Under the pieces are notes generated by a model. The model worked only from the letters and a program-made list of their open reading frames with translations, was not told the origin of the DNA and did not search any database. A stretch of DNA of 64,000 nucleotides from Octopus vulgaris (Eukaryota): NCBI GenBank assembly GCA_951406725.2, contig OX597832.1, forward strand, positions 2,728,001 to 2,792,000. The letters run 5' to 3'. Position numbers and translations under genes: made by a program. Each line of letters starts with the position of its first letter. Within the stretch, counting starts at the first letter, position 1. This document shows positions 14,817 to 27,721 of this stretch, piece after piece.

Positions 14817-14876
<60 letters not shown>

Positions 14877-15119
14877 TTGATAATTCCAATTAAATAATTG
14901 GAAGTTTAGGAAAATATAGAAAATACAGTAGTGGGAGTGTAATTTGTATTTAGTATGCAGACACTTCATTGAAATATTTTCTTCCCTCAGCCATATTGTT
15001 GATGTTTACTCTATCACTTGCTGATGATGAAGAGACGGGTCCACATGATTTTATAAACATGGTTCCAAGGATATATATAGAATATTTATTTTAATGTACA
15101 TGCCTTGATTTATTGGCTT

Positions 15120-15415
15120 CTACTTTAGCCTCAGGCTGACCAAAAACCTTGTGAGTGGATTTGGTAGATGGAAACTGAAAGAAGCCCATCGTATATATAT
15201 CTGTGTGAGTGTCTTTGAGTCTATGTTTGTCCCACACCACCACTTGTCAACTGGTGTCCATGTGTTTACATTCCTGTAACTTAGCAGATCAGCAAATCAT
15301 CTGATAGAAGAATTAAAAAAAGTACTGGAATTGATTCATTCGACTAAAAATTCTTCAAAGCAGTGCCCCAGCATGGCCACTGTTTAATGACTGAAACAAG
15401 TAAAAGATAGAAGAT
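15120..15415 (+). mobile_element. CORE-type SINE, 5'-truncated
   Basis: ccttgtgagtggatttggtagatggaaactgaaagaagccc...gactgaaacaagtaaaaga; same family as 26059-26466. Confidence 0.8.
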
Positions 15416-17089
15416 AAAAGATGCATACATACATACACATATACATACATACTTACGTACAAGCATAATAGACTGTGAACCAGGAAAATGGCCAGCCGTG
15501 GAGTGTACCTGGATCCACCGGGGTTCGATTGGTAATTTGATGTCGAAATCCACTCGGATATTCCCCTCGTTATTTTGAGATATATTGTATTGAAGTTCGT
15601 TTTGGGATTCTTGTGTTGTTTTTATGTATGTACGAACACAAACAAATGAATATATACATGTGCATGCAGTATGTGCATGTAACAATCATAGACTAATGCA
15701 CATATATATGCATATAATGTATTTGTGCATAAAGCATGCTAATTAATTAGTGAAAGAAAGTAAGGCAGTGCCCATAGCCTACACAATGCCTCAAAACCTG
15801 AGAAAGAGAATTAGATGAGATAAACAGGAACAGTATATTATTGCTACTTAATATTTTCAACAAGTGGTGGGATAGTGTGAAAAGTTAATCCAAAGAGTAT
15901 GTCATGGGTGGAGTGTCTTTGATTCTAGGTTTGAAGGACCTGGGCTGAATTGTGACTAAACAGCTACAACTACTCCAAAACTGACCTTTCCTTGCAAAAA
16001 GGACCACCACTATCACCATGACCCCAACCACCATCACTTCTGCAACCTATACCATCACCACCACCACCACCACTACTTGCATCATCAACACTACCACTAC
16101 CACAACCACAACCACAACCAACCTACACATTTCTGCTCAGACCAACTCTGTGATTTATTCAAATGCCTTGTGTTGGGCCCTTAATGGGGTCAGTGCAATT
16201 CCCAGGTGAGGTAGCTATATCTAGTAGTTTATCTATTGACTCTGAAAGAATTTGACTTCAGCTGGATTTGATCTCAGAACATAGAGAACCACAACAATTA
16301 CTGCAAAGCTGTCAATTGGCTATCGTGAAGACCCGATAGAAAAAGCAGCTAAACCTCACTCAGCTCACGCCTTACTGTTATAAGAAAGAAAGGCTATTGT
16401 AGATAATATAATTTCAACATTACTCATAGCCAAAAGACAGGATGGTCATGGCTAGAACGTCTTTAAGCAAATGATTTCTAGATTAGAGATGATCTGGGAG
16501 CTGGACAACAACATCTAAAATTAGAACTCACTAGAATTAGATGTTCACTAGAGATAGCACAAGAGGTAGACGTGGCCGCATTTCCCACGACACACATCGA
16601 ACCCGTGCCCTATGGTGTCAGCTTGATGCAGTCATATGTATATCAGGAACAATATATGTGTGGCTGCAATTCAGCCATTTGATCAGATAACTGGAAGAGA
16701 GGGCAACAACAATAACAATGCCAACAATATCAAATACACACACACACACACAAAACACCACCACCGCTAGCAACAAGATAATCATCATTAATTTTAGAGA
16801 GGATCACTTTCCTTAAATTAACGAGATTAATGGACACACCTGACGTATATTCATATCGTCAACCAATACTGCCACACCTGAGATGTTAGTCACATTATGA
16901 TTGAAAAATCGGTCAACATAAAAATTACTTTACACACTCTGATATCATATTTTCTTATGCAACAATCAATTTCTATCCTGTTTCTTTATTTTAAGTTCGT
17001 TTCAAATATTTTAAGAATTTTCATCCTGATTTCAAATGTCGGACAAAACACTGAATCGGAAAACTAATACGTCTAAATCTGGTGGTGCA

Positions 17090-17540
17090 TATCTATGTGT
17101 ATATATGTGTATGTATGTGTGTTTGCATGCATGTATGAATCTGTATGTATGTGCAGATGTATTTATCCATGCATGTATATATGTATGTGTGTGTGTATGT
17201 TTGTATGTATGTGTGTAGGTATGTGTTTGTAAGAATGCAAATATATTTGTATGTATGTCTGTATCTTTGTGTGCATGCATGCATGTATGCATGTATGCAT
17301 GCATGTATGCATGTATGCATGCATGTATGCATGTATGCATGCATATATGCATGTATGCATGCATGTAAATATGTATGTATGTATGTATGAATGTGCATAT
17401 GTATGTATGCATGTATGTGTGTATGCATGTATGTGTGTATGCATGTATGTATGTATGTATGCATGTATATATGTATGTATGTCTGTATGTATGCATGTAT
17501 GTATGTCTATATGTATGTATTTGTAAGTATGCAAATATAT
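17090..17540. repeat. Compound (TATG)n/(CATG)n microsatellite
   Basis: Direct inspection. Confidence 0.9.
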
Positions 17541-18241
17541 ATGTGGCGAGAATGGATGAAGATAGGTGTGTGAGAAAGTGCCAATCCCTAGCAGTTGAGG
17601 GAACCCGTGGAAGAGGTAGACCCAGGAAAACCTGGGATGAGGTGGTGAAGCACGACCTTTGAACTTTAGGCCTCACTGAGGAAATGACCAGTGACCGAGA
17701 CCTTTGGAAATATGCTGTATGTGAGAAGACCAGGCAGGACAAGTGAGCCCGGCCCACTTATGAATGCCTTTCCTCCCTTGGACACAAAGACCTGTTGAGG
17801 CAAGCGAAGTCGATATAGAACCTCATCCAACGACAGGCACCCATGCCAACCCCCTTTGCTTGCGAAGACATGTTGGGGCAAGCGAAATCGAATTGAACCA
17901 GCCAGGATCCCTGGTCAGGTGGTACGTAAAAAGCACTATCCGACTCGTGGCCGATGCCAGCGCCACCTCGACTGGCTTCCGTGCCGGTGGCACGTAAAAT
18001 ACACCAATCCGACTGTGGCCATTGCCAGCCTCGCCTGGCACCTGTGCAGGTGGCACATAAAAAGTACCCACTACACTCACGGAGTGGTTGGCGTTAGGAA
18101 GGGCATCCAGCTGTAGAAACATTGCCAGATAAGACTGGAGCCTGGTGCAGCCTTCTGGCTTCCCAGATCCCTGGTCGAACCGTCCAACCCATGCTAGCAT
18201 GGAGAACGGACGTTAAACGATGATGATGATGAACGATGATG
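17541..18241 (+). mobile_element. RTE-clade LINE 3' fragment
   Basis: VARMDEDRCVRKCQSLAVEGTRGRGRPRKTWDEVVKHDL, then 3' UTR and (GAT)n tail. Confidence 0.9.
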
Positions 18242-18933
18242 ATATGTATGTATGTGTGTGTGTGTGTGTGTGTGTCTGTGTATATATATATATATATACA
18301 CACAAACACACACATACATATTTATGTCTATATATGTGCATATATTGATATGTATATGTGTGTGTGTGTGTGTGTGTGTACACTGCAGATCTTTGTGGAT
18401 TTAATCAAACCTATAACAATACCTGAATGAAGCTACTTTTAGATTTATTGCTTTTGTGGAAAATGAATAATTTTAAACATTCACCACAAATTGATTGCTG
18501 TGGGAAGCGTTAAATATGATTAGAAACATATACCATTAGTTAAAATGGGGGAAAAAAAAAAAGATGTTCTCTCGGTTCAGAGGGTTTCATTGTGTCTCCC
18601 AATAAAGATTAAATTCTACTGGAAATAGCTACCAGCTTTCTGAGTCAACTGAAAATAGTCCCATCCAAAGAGGGATCAATATATTTTCAGATTAAAACTA
18701 CTGAATCTAGTTCTAAATACAGATTTTATAAGTCCCTGTAACAAGAGATATTTTTAATTCTCTGCATCTCAGTAGTTCACTTGGTAGTACATGAATCTCC
18801 AGTTCTCTTTAAAATGAACATAAATCCTTTACAACTGTATTTAAGTTGTAAAATTATAATCAAAGATTTGTTTAGTCCTGTTTGTGTCTGATGACAACGC
18901 TGGTTGTACTCGTAATAGCCATGCTTTGTTACA

Positions 18934-20209
18934 TGAGGGTGGGCTGAAGATTTCATAGGCTAATTATGAAGGATTGATACTAGAGCTGCGAAATCTTGAA
19001 TGCATTAATTTCAACCCTTTTTATTAATAACTGGATTGTTTCTTTCTCGGTAAACTGACACCTGGCTGTTCAAAGAAGACTTCAAACATAACCAGTAGCA
19101 ACTTCTCTTGAAAATAGATAAAAATTTGGCATTGTAGTGTTATCAAGTACATGCAGAAAATGGGTTTAGGACATTTATGTTGACATGGTTGCTGCATTAG
19201 ATGATGAAGCTCCCACAATAGTGCAAAAGTGGGCTGCTGAATTTAGGAGAGGAAGGGAGAGTCTTGAAGATGACTCGTGGTCTGGACATCCTGCAACTGC
19301 CACTATTGAAGCAAACATTGATCATATTCACCACATGGTGATGGATGACAGGTGACTGACTATAAATGAAATAGCCAATAGCTATTAGAATATTCTGTGG
19401 GAGAGTTGAGAATATTCTGTACAATGAACTTGGCATAATGAAAATTTCTACTTGGTGGATGTCATGTCTTCCGACACCTGATCAAAATATGCACCAGGCT
19501 GATCACATCAAGGGATGGGAAAATCTGACATTGTGTGAGGCAGATCCAGTTGATTTCTTGAAGCATTTCCTAACTCAGGATGAGTGTTGGCTTCATAACT
19601 TCGAGCCAGAGACAAAGAGACAATCCATGTAGTGGAAACATCCCTCCTTAACAAAGTTGGCCAAGGTCATTTCATCTGCAGGGAAGGTGATGGCCTCAGT
19701 TTTTTTGGATACAAAAGGCATTGTGTTTATTGATACCTTCACAAGGGCCACACCATCAATGGAGAGTACTATGCAAACTTGCTGAGGCAGTTATGAAAGG
19801 CTATCTCGACTAAATGCCTAAGAAACTGGACAATGCCTAAGAAACTTGCAGCACACAAGTCCATGGTTTTAATGGCTGCTGTGAATGACTGTGGCTTTCA
19901 ACTGGTTGATCAGTCTCATCTACTCTCCTGATTTAGTCTCATATGACTATCATCTTTTACTCTATATGAAAAAACACTTGGCTGAGAATCAGTATCACAA
20001 TGATGATGACATCATATCTGCTGATGATAACTTTTTTGAGCAACAAGATGAAAGTTTCTAAGTTTCTTCACCAATGGAATCGAAGCACTGCAACACTGAC
20101 GGAAGAAGTATGTAGACCACAAGGGCGACTATGGTGAAAATTAAACCTCACTTGTTCACATTCCATGAGAGTATCTTGGTCAGCCTATGAACTTTTCAGT
20201 CAACCCAAG
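18934..20209 (+). mobile_element. mariner element, full-length but decayed
   Basis: TIRs tgagggtgggctgaagatttcataggct / agcctatgaacttttcagtcaaccc. Transposase remnants WMSCLPT, FLTQDECWLHNFEPETKRQS and YSPDLVSYDYHL. Length ~1.28 kb. Confidence 0.85.
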
Positions 20210-20590
20210 TAAATATTAACATTTGATTTTAAAATATGAGAATGATAAGGAGATCAAGTAAACTAGGAATGTTCTACCCCAACAAGAATGAATAACCAAA
20301 AGTTGTGTTTTTGGCATGTAATGATTTCCTTACAGAATCAAGTCACAATGTTAATTACATTTTTACAAGTCTAGTTCAGCAGCAAGGTGAAAGTGAATCA
20401 AGCAAAAAGAAAATTGCATAAGAATTTATGTTTTGCTAATTAGGTAAGATTTTCTATTCCTTGAAACAAATATATAATGCTGATAAAACCAGTCTATCTT
20501 GGAAGAAAAGGCCAAAGAGAAAAGAAACATTGGTTAGTGGATATCAAGAAAAGAAACAGTGGTTAGTGGATTCAAAACATCTGAAGTTCG

Positions 20591-21998
20591 AATTATTATT
20601 ATTATTAAAATTTTCATTTGCATCTTCTTTCAATTCTGTTTCCATTTCTTGCTGAATGTCTTCCTGACACCTAGAGCAGAGAAACATACTGTATACATTG
20701 GTAGCCCATTAAAACAAGCACACCAGAATGTTCATTTACAGAGTCATGTGATAGAGAAAAAGGGGAAGACAAGAGAAAAAATAAAAAATAAAAGATAGAA
20801 AAGTAAACAAATAAAATAGGGGGGGGAGGAAAGAAAATTTAGAGCAACAATGCTCTTCTCACTACATGTGACATACCAGTTAAGACAATCTTTTGCACTT
20901 CCTGCATTGATGGTAAGCCAGGGATCATTCTTAAATAATTTTCAGTTCCTTTTTTGATCATTCCAAGTGCTCCTACAGTCACTGATATTGTAATCATCTT
21001 GAGATACCACATCTTTTCGATTTCGATTAGAAGATATTTATCTTTTCTGAGCTTATCAAATTCTTTTGCCGAGATATTATGGTCACAGGGTATGCTCATG
21101 TCAATCAATAAACAGACCTTATTGCTTTTGTCTTTCACAACAATATCTGATTTATTTGCCTTGATTGTCCGATCTGTACATACTGGGAAGTCCCAAAGGA
21201 TAGTTACATTTTCTCCCTCAGTTACAGCCTCAGGGTGGTGCTTGTATCATTTGTCAGCAGTTTGGATTTTATAATGCCAACACATTATCCAATGTAGATA
21301 TTGGCCAGCTCTGTCATGCTCTGATTTGTACACTATAGGTGGTAAAACCTTACATCCAGAGATTATGTGGTCCACTGTTTCTATCCCATCACTGCAGTAT
21401 TGGCACTTTGGGTTTATACCATTTTTCATCACACTGGCTTGATAGTTCCGGGTCAACAAGCTCTGATCTTGGGCAGCCAAGATAAAGCCTTCTCACACTG
21501 CCTTTAGATCTGAGCTTCATAGCCACTGATGGGTGTGCTTCTGGTCTGCATCAGCTTGTTTGTTACGGGCCACATATTTACCATGCAGAGGTTTTTGTTC
21601 CCACCTATCAGCCAATTGCTTGAGCGCATTTTGCTTTGCTATTGATTTCACCTTCTTTGCAACTACAGTTGCTGCACTTTCCTCATGCTGTTCAACCTGG
21701 GTATTATACATAAACTCACCTGAAAAATTTTTGCTCTCCTTCATAACAGAATGAACCTTCTTACGTCTTTCATGGTTTTCAATGAGCTTTAGCATCCAGT
21801 TGTTAGATGTTTCAAGATATTTTGCCAGTCCAATTGTGGTGGTTTTGTAGAGGATGTCAAATTGGATCAAGCCTTGACCTCTTTGAGCTCTGGGTAGGTA
21901 AAGATCTGCGTTTACCTTTGGGTGGTGTATCTTATTGCAGGTCAGCAGCATACATATTTTCCTGTCAATCTTCTTATTTCACTCAATGAGATAGTTGA
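20591..21998 (-). mobile_element. R4/Dong-clade non-LTR retrotransposon 3' part (zinc knuckle + restriction-like endonuclease)
   Basis: HHPK...LYLPRAQRGQGL, WEQKPLHGKY, AAQDQSL.TRNY...CQYC...ETVDHIISGC and LIDMSIP.D....KEFDKL.....VTVGALG. The 3' end abuts a (TAA)n tract at 20591-20606. Confidence 0.85.
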
Positions 21999-22026
21999 AA
22001 AAAAAAAAGAGTTCTTCTGAAGCATA

Positions 22027-23461
22027 GGAGTGGCTGTGTGGTAAGTAGCTTGCTTACCAACCACATGGTTCCAGGTTCAGTCCTACTGCATGACTCCTTG
22101 GGCAAGTGTCTTTTACTATAGCCTCGGGCCAACCAAACCCTTGTGAGTGGATTTAGTAGACAGAAACTGAAAGATGTCTGTCGTATATATACACAGACAT
22201 GCAGGAAGTAAATTGACACCTTTAATTTTCAAAATTTCTGATCTAAGTATCTTAATATGTTTTCAGTGGTGTAGAATTTACAATGTAATTATTCTTTTTC
22301 ATTCTAGGTGCCATTATATTAAACATTTGTGAAGAGTAACCATGCCGCGCACAAAAAATTTAGTAGAACCGTCAGATTTTCAAAGAGGTTGTATTTTTGG
22401 GCAATTTGAGGCTGGTCTTAGCCAGCATAAAATTGCTGAAAATCTTCAAATTCTTCTTGCTACTGTAAATTGAATTTTAGTGCAATTCAAAAGCCAAGGA
22501 AAAGAATCAACAGATATTCGTCCCGACTGACCTGGGCCCTCGGAAAGGAAGCTTCGCTGTTTGCAGAGAAATGTGGAAAGCGAACCCCATTCGAAGGTTT
22601 CTGACATTGCAAAACAGCTAGAAGTTAGTCCATGAACATGTGTTACATATCTGCATAAGCTTGGGGATTATGGAAGAGCAGCTAGAAGAAAACCTCTCTT
22701 TCAACCAATTAATATCATGAAAAGAAAGAAATGGGCTAAGGAGATGTCAGAAAAATTCAGTTCATTTTGGGATAGAGGGATTTTCTCAGATGAATCCAGA
22801 TTTGATTTATTTTCAGACAGTTGATGTATTTGAGTCTGGAGGCTTCCCAATCAAGAATTTGATTTGAAATGACTCCAACCAACTGTGAAATATGGCAGAA
22901 TCTCTGTAATGGTATGGGAAGCTATCACCAGCAATGGTTGTTCTGAGCTTATCGAATGTGTTGGAAACATAAACTCTGAAAAATACATCAAAATACTTAA
23001 GCAGTGACTACTTCCAATGTATTTCACAATAACATTAAAAAAAATGAGTTTTTATTCATGGAAGATGGGGCTCCATGTCACACAGCGAAAAGAAGTCAAC
23101 AATGGCTGACTGAAAATGGGATTGAAAAGCTTCCTTTGCTGAGCCAATCTCCTGACATGAACCCAATTGAAAATCTTTGGAGCATACTCGATAGAGCTAT
23201 ACAAAAAACTTGACAGAAACCTAAATCTAAAGATGAATTGTTTTGACTGTTGTGTGAAAAGTGGGCAGAAATTCCACAAGAGACAATCACAAAGCTCATC
23301 AGTTCAATGCCCAAAAGAGTTTCTAAATTAAAAACTGCAAAGGGAATGTCAACTAAATACTGAAGTATGTAGTCCTACCTATCGATTACATTTCAATTGT
23401 TCGCTTTGCGTATTAAATAAAAGGTTTTGAAAATTAAAGGTGTCTTCCTGTATGTCTGTGT

Positions 23462-23500
<39 letters not shown>

Positions 23501-23735
23501 TGTATGTGTGTGCGTGTGTGTGTGTGTTTGTGTCTGTGTTTGTCCCCCCACCATTGCTTGATGACCGATGTTGGTGTGTTTATGTCCCTGTAACTCAGTG
23601 GTTCAGCAAAAGAGACCAATAGGATAAATACTAGGCTTACAAAGAATAAGTCCTGGGGTTGATTTGTTTGATTAAAGGTGGTGCTCCAGCATGGCCACAG
23701 TCAAATGACTGAAACAAATACAAGAACATAGAAGA
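22027..23735 (+). mobile_element. CORE-type SINE split by a Tc1 insertion (head 22027-22191, tail 23461-23735)
   Basis: tRNA-like head ggagtggctgtgtggtaag...ggttcagtcc and ccttgggcaag; the tail matches 26059-26466. Confidence 0.85.
22192..23460 (+). mobile_element. Tc1-like (DD34E) transposon, full-length, decayed; transposase pseudogene 22342-23363
   Basis: TIR cagacatgcaggaagtaaattgacacctttaattttcaaaa and its inverse (with a short deletion). Motifs MPRTKNL..SDFQRG, FSDESRF, FMEDGAPCH and SPDMNPIENLW. Confidence 0.9.
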
Positions 23736-23974
23736 ACACACTTCACTGACATGCATATCAAAAGTTCCTAGATGACTGCTGCAATATTCAAAAACTGGAT
23801 ATATCAAAACGTCATTCTTGATGCCAAAAAGAAAGTTTTGACTTCAAAATTTCTATTACTAATTGATAACATATCATCACATCCCTAACATTAAAAATTT
23901 GATAGTCACTAAGCATTTTGCCCAATGTGCTAAGGATTCTGCTAGCTTGCCATATTAATGATAACAATAAAGAT

Positions 23975-24415
23975 TCCAAATTTTGGCTGAAGGCCAGCAA
24001 TTTCGGGGTAGGGAAATGAGTTGAATACATCGACCCCAGTACTCAACTAGTACTTATTTTATTGACCCGGAAAACATGAAAGGCAAAGTTGACCCTGGTG
24101 GAATTTGAACTCAGAATGTAAAGACAGACAAAATGCTGCTAAGCACTTTGTCTGGCACGTTAATGATTCTACCATTTCGCCTTATTATTAATGATAATAA
24201 TAATGTTTTCAAATTTTTGCACAAGGCCAGCAATTTCGGGGAGAGGGTATATCGTTTACGTCAACCCCAGTGTTTGACTAGTACTTATTTTATTGACCCC
24301 CAGAAAGATGAAAGGCAAAGTCGGCCTCAGCGGAATTTGAACTTAGAACGTGGAGATGGGTGAAATGCCGCTAAGCACTTTGCTTGATGTGCTAACGATT
24401 CTGCCAGCTCACCTT
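23975..24415 (-). mobile_element. Two tandem Meta-type SINEs (~23975-24180 and ~24208-24415)
   Basis: Both carry atgaaaggcaaagt..cc...ggaatttgaac (reverse complement of B box plus Meta-like domain). Confidence 0.8.
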
Positions 24416-25280
24416 ATTATTAACAACAACAATAACAACAACAGGTTTTCCTTTGTACCTTGGCATCACCCAGTGCCACCTTGTTAGCAAGAAGTAGATT
24501 GATTGTTCCTCAGGACTTCAGCATACATTCATTCTATTCGCTCATAATTACATTGTTGTATTTGTAAATGCTTAATTATACTTGTAGCGAGGCACAAAGA
24601 AGCCAGCGCCATTTTGAAACAGCGAGAATTCGCCTGCAACCATTGCCATATGCGAAACAAAAACGAGATCTTGTCTACAACCATTATTTAAAGAAAAGAC
24701 AACATTTTTCCCTCTCATTTTTCACATGCTGAACACCGAGCAAGACTTTGAAGCAGTAGCGACAAAAAATGATGGGCTGAAAACAGCATTAGTAGTAACC
24801 CGAGTAGGCATAAACAAAGACATAGAATTGTCCAGGAGTCTCTGTCACCTGACATCTACTAACAAGTGGAAATGGTTTAAGAAGTCCGCGCCCAGAATGG
24901 GGTATGGTAGATCTGCTATAGCAAAAACCCACCTAAAATCCTTTCGAAGGTTGAGATCTAGGTTTAATGAGACCTAACCCTAAGTTTTTATTGAGGATAG
25001 ATTCACTGTGTACAGATTAATAGCAGATTGATTTGGTTTGTCTGAAGTAAGACACAAAGGCCAAATAGAACAGCTGGATCCAGTGTCAACCATGAATGAT
25101 TCGTTAGACACACGATCCTTAACAAAGAATGCATGATGAGATGAAAAATTGCAGGAAGAAATTGACATGCCCAAATCTTCCGCAACTAGTTTCCCAACAG
25201 CTTGAACGAACAGAGCTGGATGCATCAACGGACTTTGTCCTTAAATCTGGCATGGTACCAGCAGAGATTGGAAACCGTTG

Positions 25281-25689
25281 GGATCTTTTCGGTTTGAACG
25301 GCAGTTTTTTAAAATAATTTCCATGTAGCTAAACACTTTTAAACTTCGTATACTAGTAGAATATGTTTATAAAACATCTTTTTCTCTTGGCTTTATTGAG
25401 AAAATTCTATAGTTTGTAAGATATTTGTTGTTTTTTTTCTTCAATTTCTGCAATTTCAACCAATCAATGACGTCTATTGAGGTGAAAACATTCTGTGCTG
25501 TATGAATATGTCCCTCATTTAAGAAACAGATTGGGTTTATTTACATTTCTGAAGAAAAAGATACCCTTCCCCCCACCCCTAACCCTAAAACAGGTTGAAA
25601 TGCAATAGATCGATACTAGGGTCATAGTTATAGGTGACAATTTCATATGACACCGCTAGAAAAAACTGCTGTTCAAACCGAAAAGATCC
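25281..25689. mobile_element. Merlin-like MITE inserted in the Gypsy gag
   Basis: ~29-bp TIRs GGATCTTTTCGGTTTGAACGGCAGTTTTT / AAAAACTGCTGTTCAAACCGAAAAGATCC, 8-bp TSD AACCGTTG/AACTGTTG, internal ccctaaccctaa. Confidence 0.8.
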
Positions 25690-26058
25690 AACTGTTGGAG
25701 CAGAACTAGACGACCGTGGCTTAGAACAGCTTCTGCTGCAAGGATGACGAGAGCTGGTGTGTTCTCGCCACAGTGTGTCCATGCGACATGTTAATGCATC
25801 GACTCTCTCCAAAATGTCGTCATGTGACGAGGCAGGAGACTCTGTAGTAGTAGAGGAAGCTACTACGGGGTCCGAACACGTATGGTGAGGTGCAAGCTGC
25901 ATGGTAGACTCTATGAACTTGTCTGCCATGGTGGCTATTTGATTGAGTGAATTGGGGTCGACCAAAGAACCAACAAAAGTGTTGTTGGAATAATAAACGT
26001 GTGTGCAGAAAAAAATTTTCTTTACAAAACTTTTGATTTTTTTTTTGTACTGTGTGCA

Positions 26059-26466
26059 GGAGTGGCTGTGTGGTAAGTAGCTTGCTAACCAACCACATGG
26101 TACCGGGTTCAGTCCCACTGCGTGGCATCTTGGGCAAGTGTCTTCTGCTATAGCCCCGGGCCGACCAATGCCTTGTGAGTGGATTTGGTAGACAGAAACT
26201 GAAAGAAGCCTGTCGTATATATGTATATATATATGCATGTGTGTTTGTTTGTGTGTCTGTGTTTGTCCCCCTAGCATTGCTTGACAACCGATGCTGGTGT
26301 GTTTATGTCCCCGTTACTTAGCGGTTCGGCAAAAGAGACCGATAGAATAAGTACTGGGCTTACAAAAAGAATAAGTTCCGGGGTCGAGTTGCTCGATTAA
26401 AGGCGGTGCTCCAGCATGGCCGCAGTCAAACGACTGAAACAAGTAAAAGAGTAAAAGAGTAAAAGA
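26059..26466 (+). mobile_element. Full-length CORE-type tRNA-derived SINE
   Basis: A/B-box head, cttgggcaag core, internal microsatellite, (GTAAAAGA)n tail and TSD GTGTGCA (26052-26058 / 26467-26473). Confidence 0.92.
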
Positions 26467-27321
26467 GTGTGCAGAAAGGAAAAAAATTTTTCACCAAACG
26501 TGTGTTACAGTCTGCTGAAAAAAAAATTTTTTTCTGTTTTTTTTTTTCAAGATGGTGTCAGAAATTGGTGAGTGAATTGGTGATTGTCTGTTTCTGACAT
26601 GTGAGGCGTCAGAACATGCCGATAGACGGGAACGATGCCAGGATGTGACAGTGAATGCAAAGCATCAAAATCGGAACGCTGACAATCTCTTTTGTTTCCT
26701 GTGACGGACAATTACTTTCTTGTGTTACTGAACGATTCCAATACTCTGGCATTGGACATTTAGTCAAATTTTGTGCATGCCACTTTATATTTCTTGCAAT
26801 TAATTTTCTTTTTGACTTGTCACATTTTTATACCATATCTTGTTGTTTGCCATCTTGTTGTTGGTTACCATCTTTGCTCTTTTCTTGTGCCTGCTCCAGT
26901 TATTCTCTACTTTCGCACTGGCATTCTCAAGCGGAGCCCCTGTAGCGAGGCACAAAGAAGCCAGTGCCATTTTGAAATAGTGAGATCTCGCCTGCAGCCA
27001 TTGCCATACGCAAGACAAAAACGAGGATCTCGTCTGCAACCATTATTTAAGGAAAAGACAACAACATTTTCCCTCACATTCTATGCATGCTGATGCCGAG
27101 CAAGACTTCGAAGCCAGGAGCTCACAACGGGCTTTTGTCCTGCTGTGATACCACATGCATTGTCTCCAGAGGTTATTGAACCTCATGTGTATGGGGGAGA
27201 AGGCTAACTATGCACTGCTGTGAAGATGGTTACTGAAAGCAAACCCCTTGAATGAAGCATCTGTGAATAAACGGTTATTGAATTTACTCCTGCTGAGAAC
27301 ATCATTCTTCATATTTTCAGT

Positions 27322-27450
27322 CCTTATTTTATCAAACCTGAAAAAATGAAAGGCAAAGTCGACCTCGGCGGAATTTGAACTTAGAACATAAAGATGGACA
27401 AAATGCCACCAAGTACTTTGCCCAGCGCGCTGACGATTCTGTCAGCTTAC
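27322..27450 (-). mobile_element. Meta-type SINE fragment
   Basis: atgaaaggcaaagtcgacctcggcggaatttgaac. Confidence 0.75.
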
Positions 27451-27721
27451 CGACATTATTATTATTATTGACAACACTTCGATCATTTTGTCTGCATACA
27501 ACTCCATCAAATAAATTACAACTTTCACTCTTGGAAGCACTGATTTTTAACTTCCTCAACCAATATCCTCTGTTGCTGTGTATTTTAATATTGCATGCGA
27601 CGTAGAGGCGACGAGCTGCCACAATCGCTGGCAGGCCGTCCCCAGACTCCACAAAAACACATTGCCTACAGCAGACCCAAAAGCGTCGCCCGGGGCTGAC
27701 CCCCACCCCCAGCTACGCTAG

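Larger units (their letters stand above)
24583..27320. mobile_element. Rearranged Gypsy LTR retrotransposon (CsRn1-like clade) remnant
   Basis: Direct repeats start TGTAGCGAGGCAC at 24583 and 26941. Minus strand has gag (ATMADKF...RSCSKPRSSS, CWYHARF...C...C), protease (FMVDTGSS...ILGADFL) and an integrase zinc-finger fragment FDALHSLSHPGI (~26633-26668). Confidence 0.8.

Noticed and set aside
25576-25588. CCCTAA telomere-like repeats
   Set aside because: Only two units, inside a MITE; not a telomere relic.
26059-26135. tRNA-like sequences here and at ~22027 and ~60350-60423
   Set aside because: They are SINE heads continuing into SINE bodies, not complete tRNA genes.
26553-26570. TGGTGTCAGAA resembling a tRNA-Leu primer-binding site
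   Set aside because: The match is partial and is not adjacent to an LTR end.
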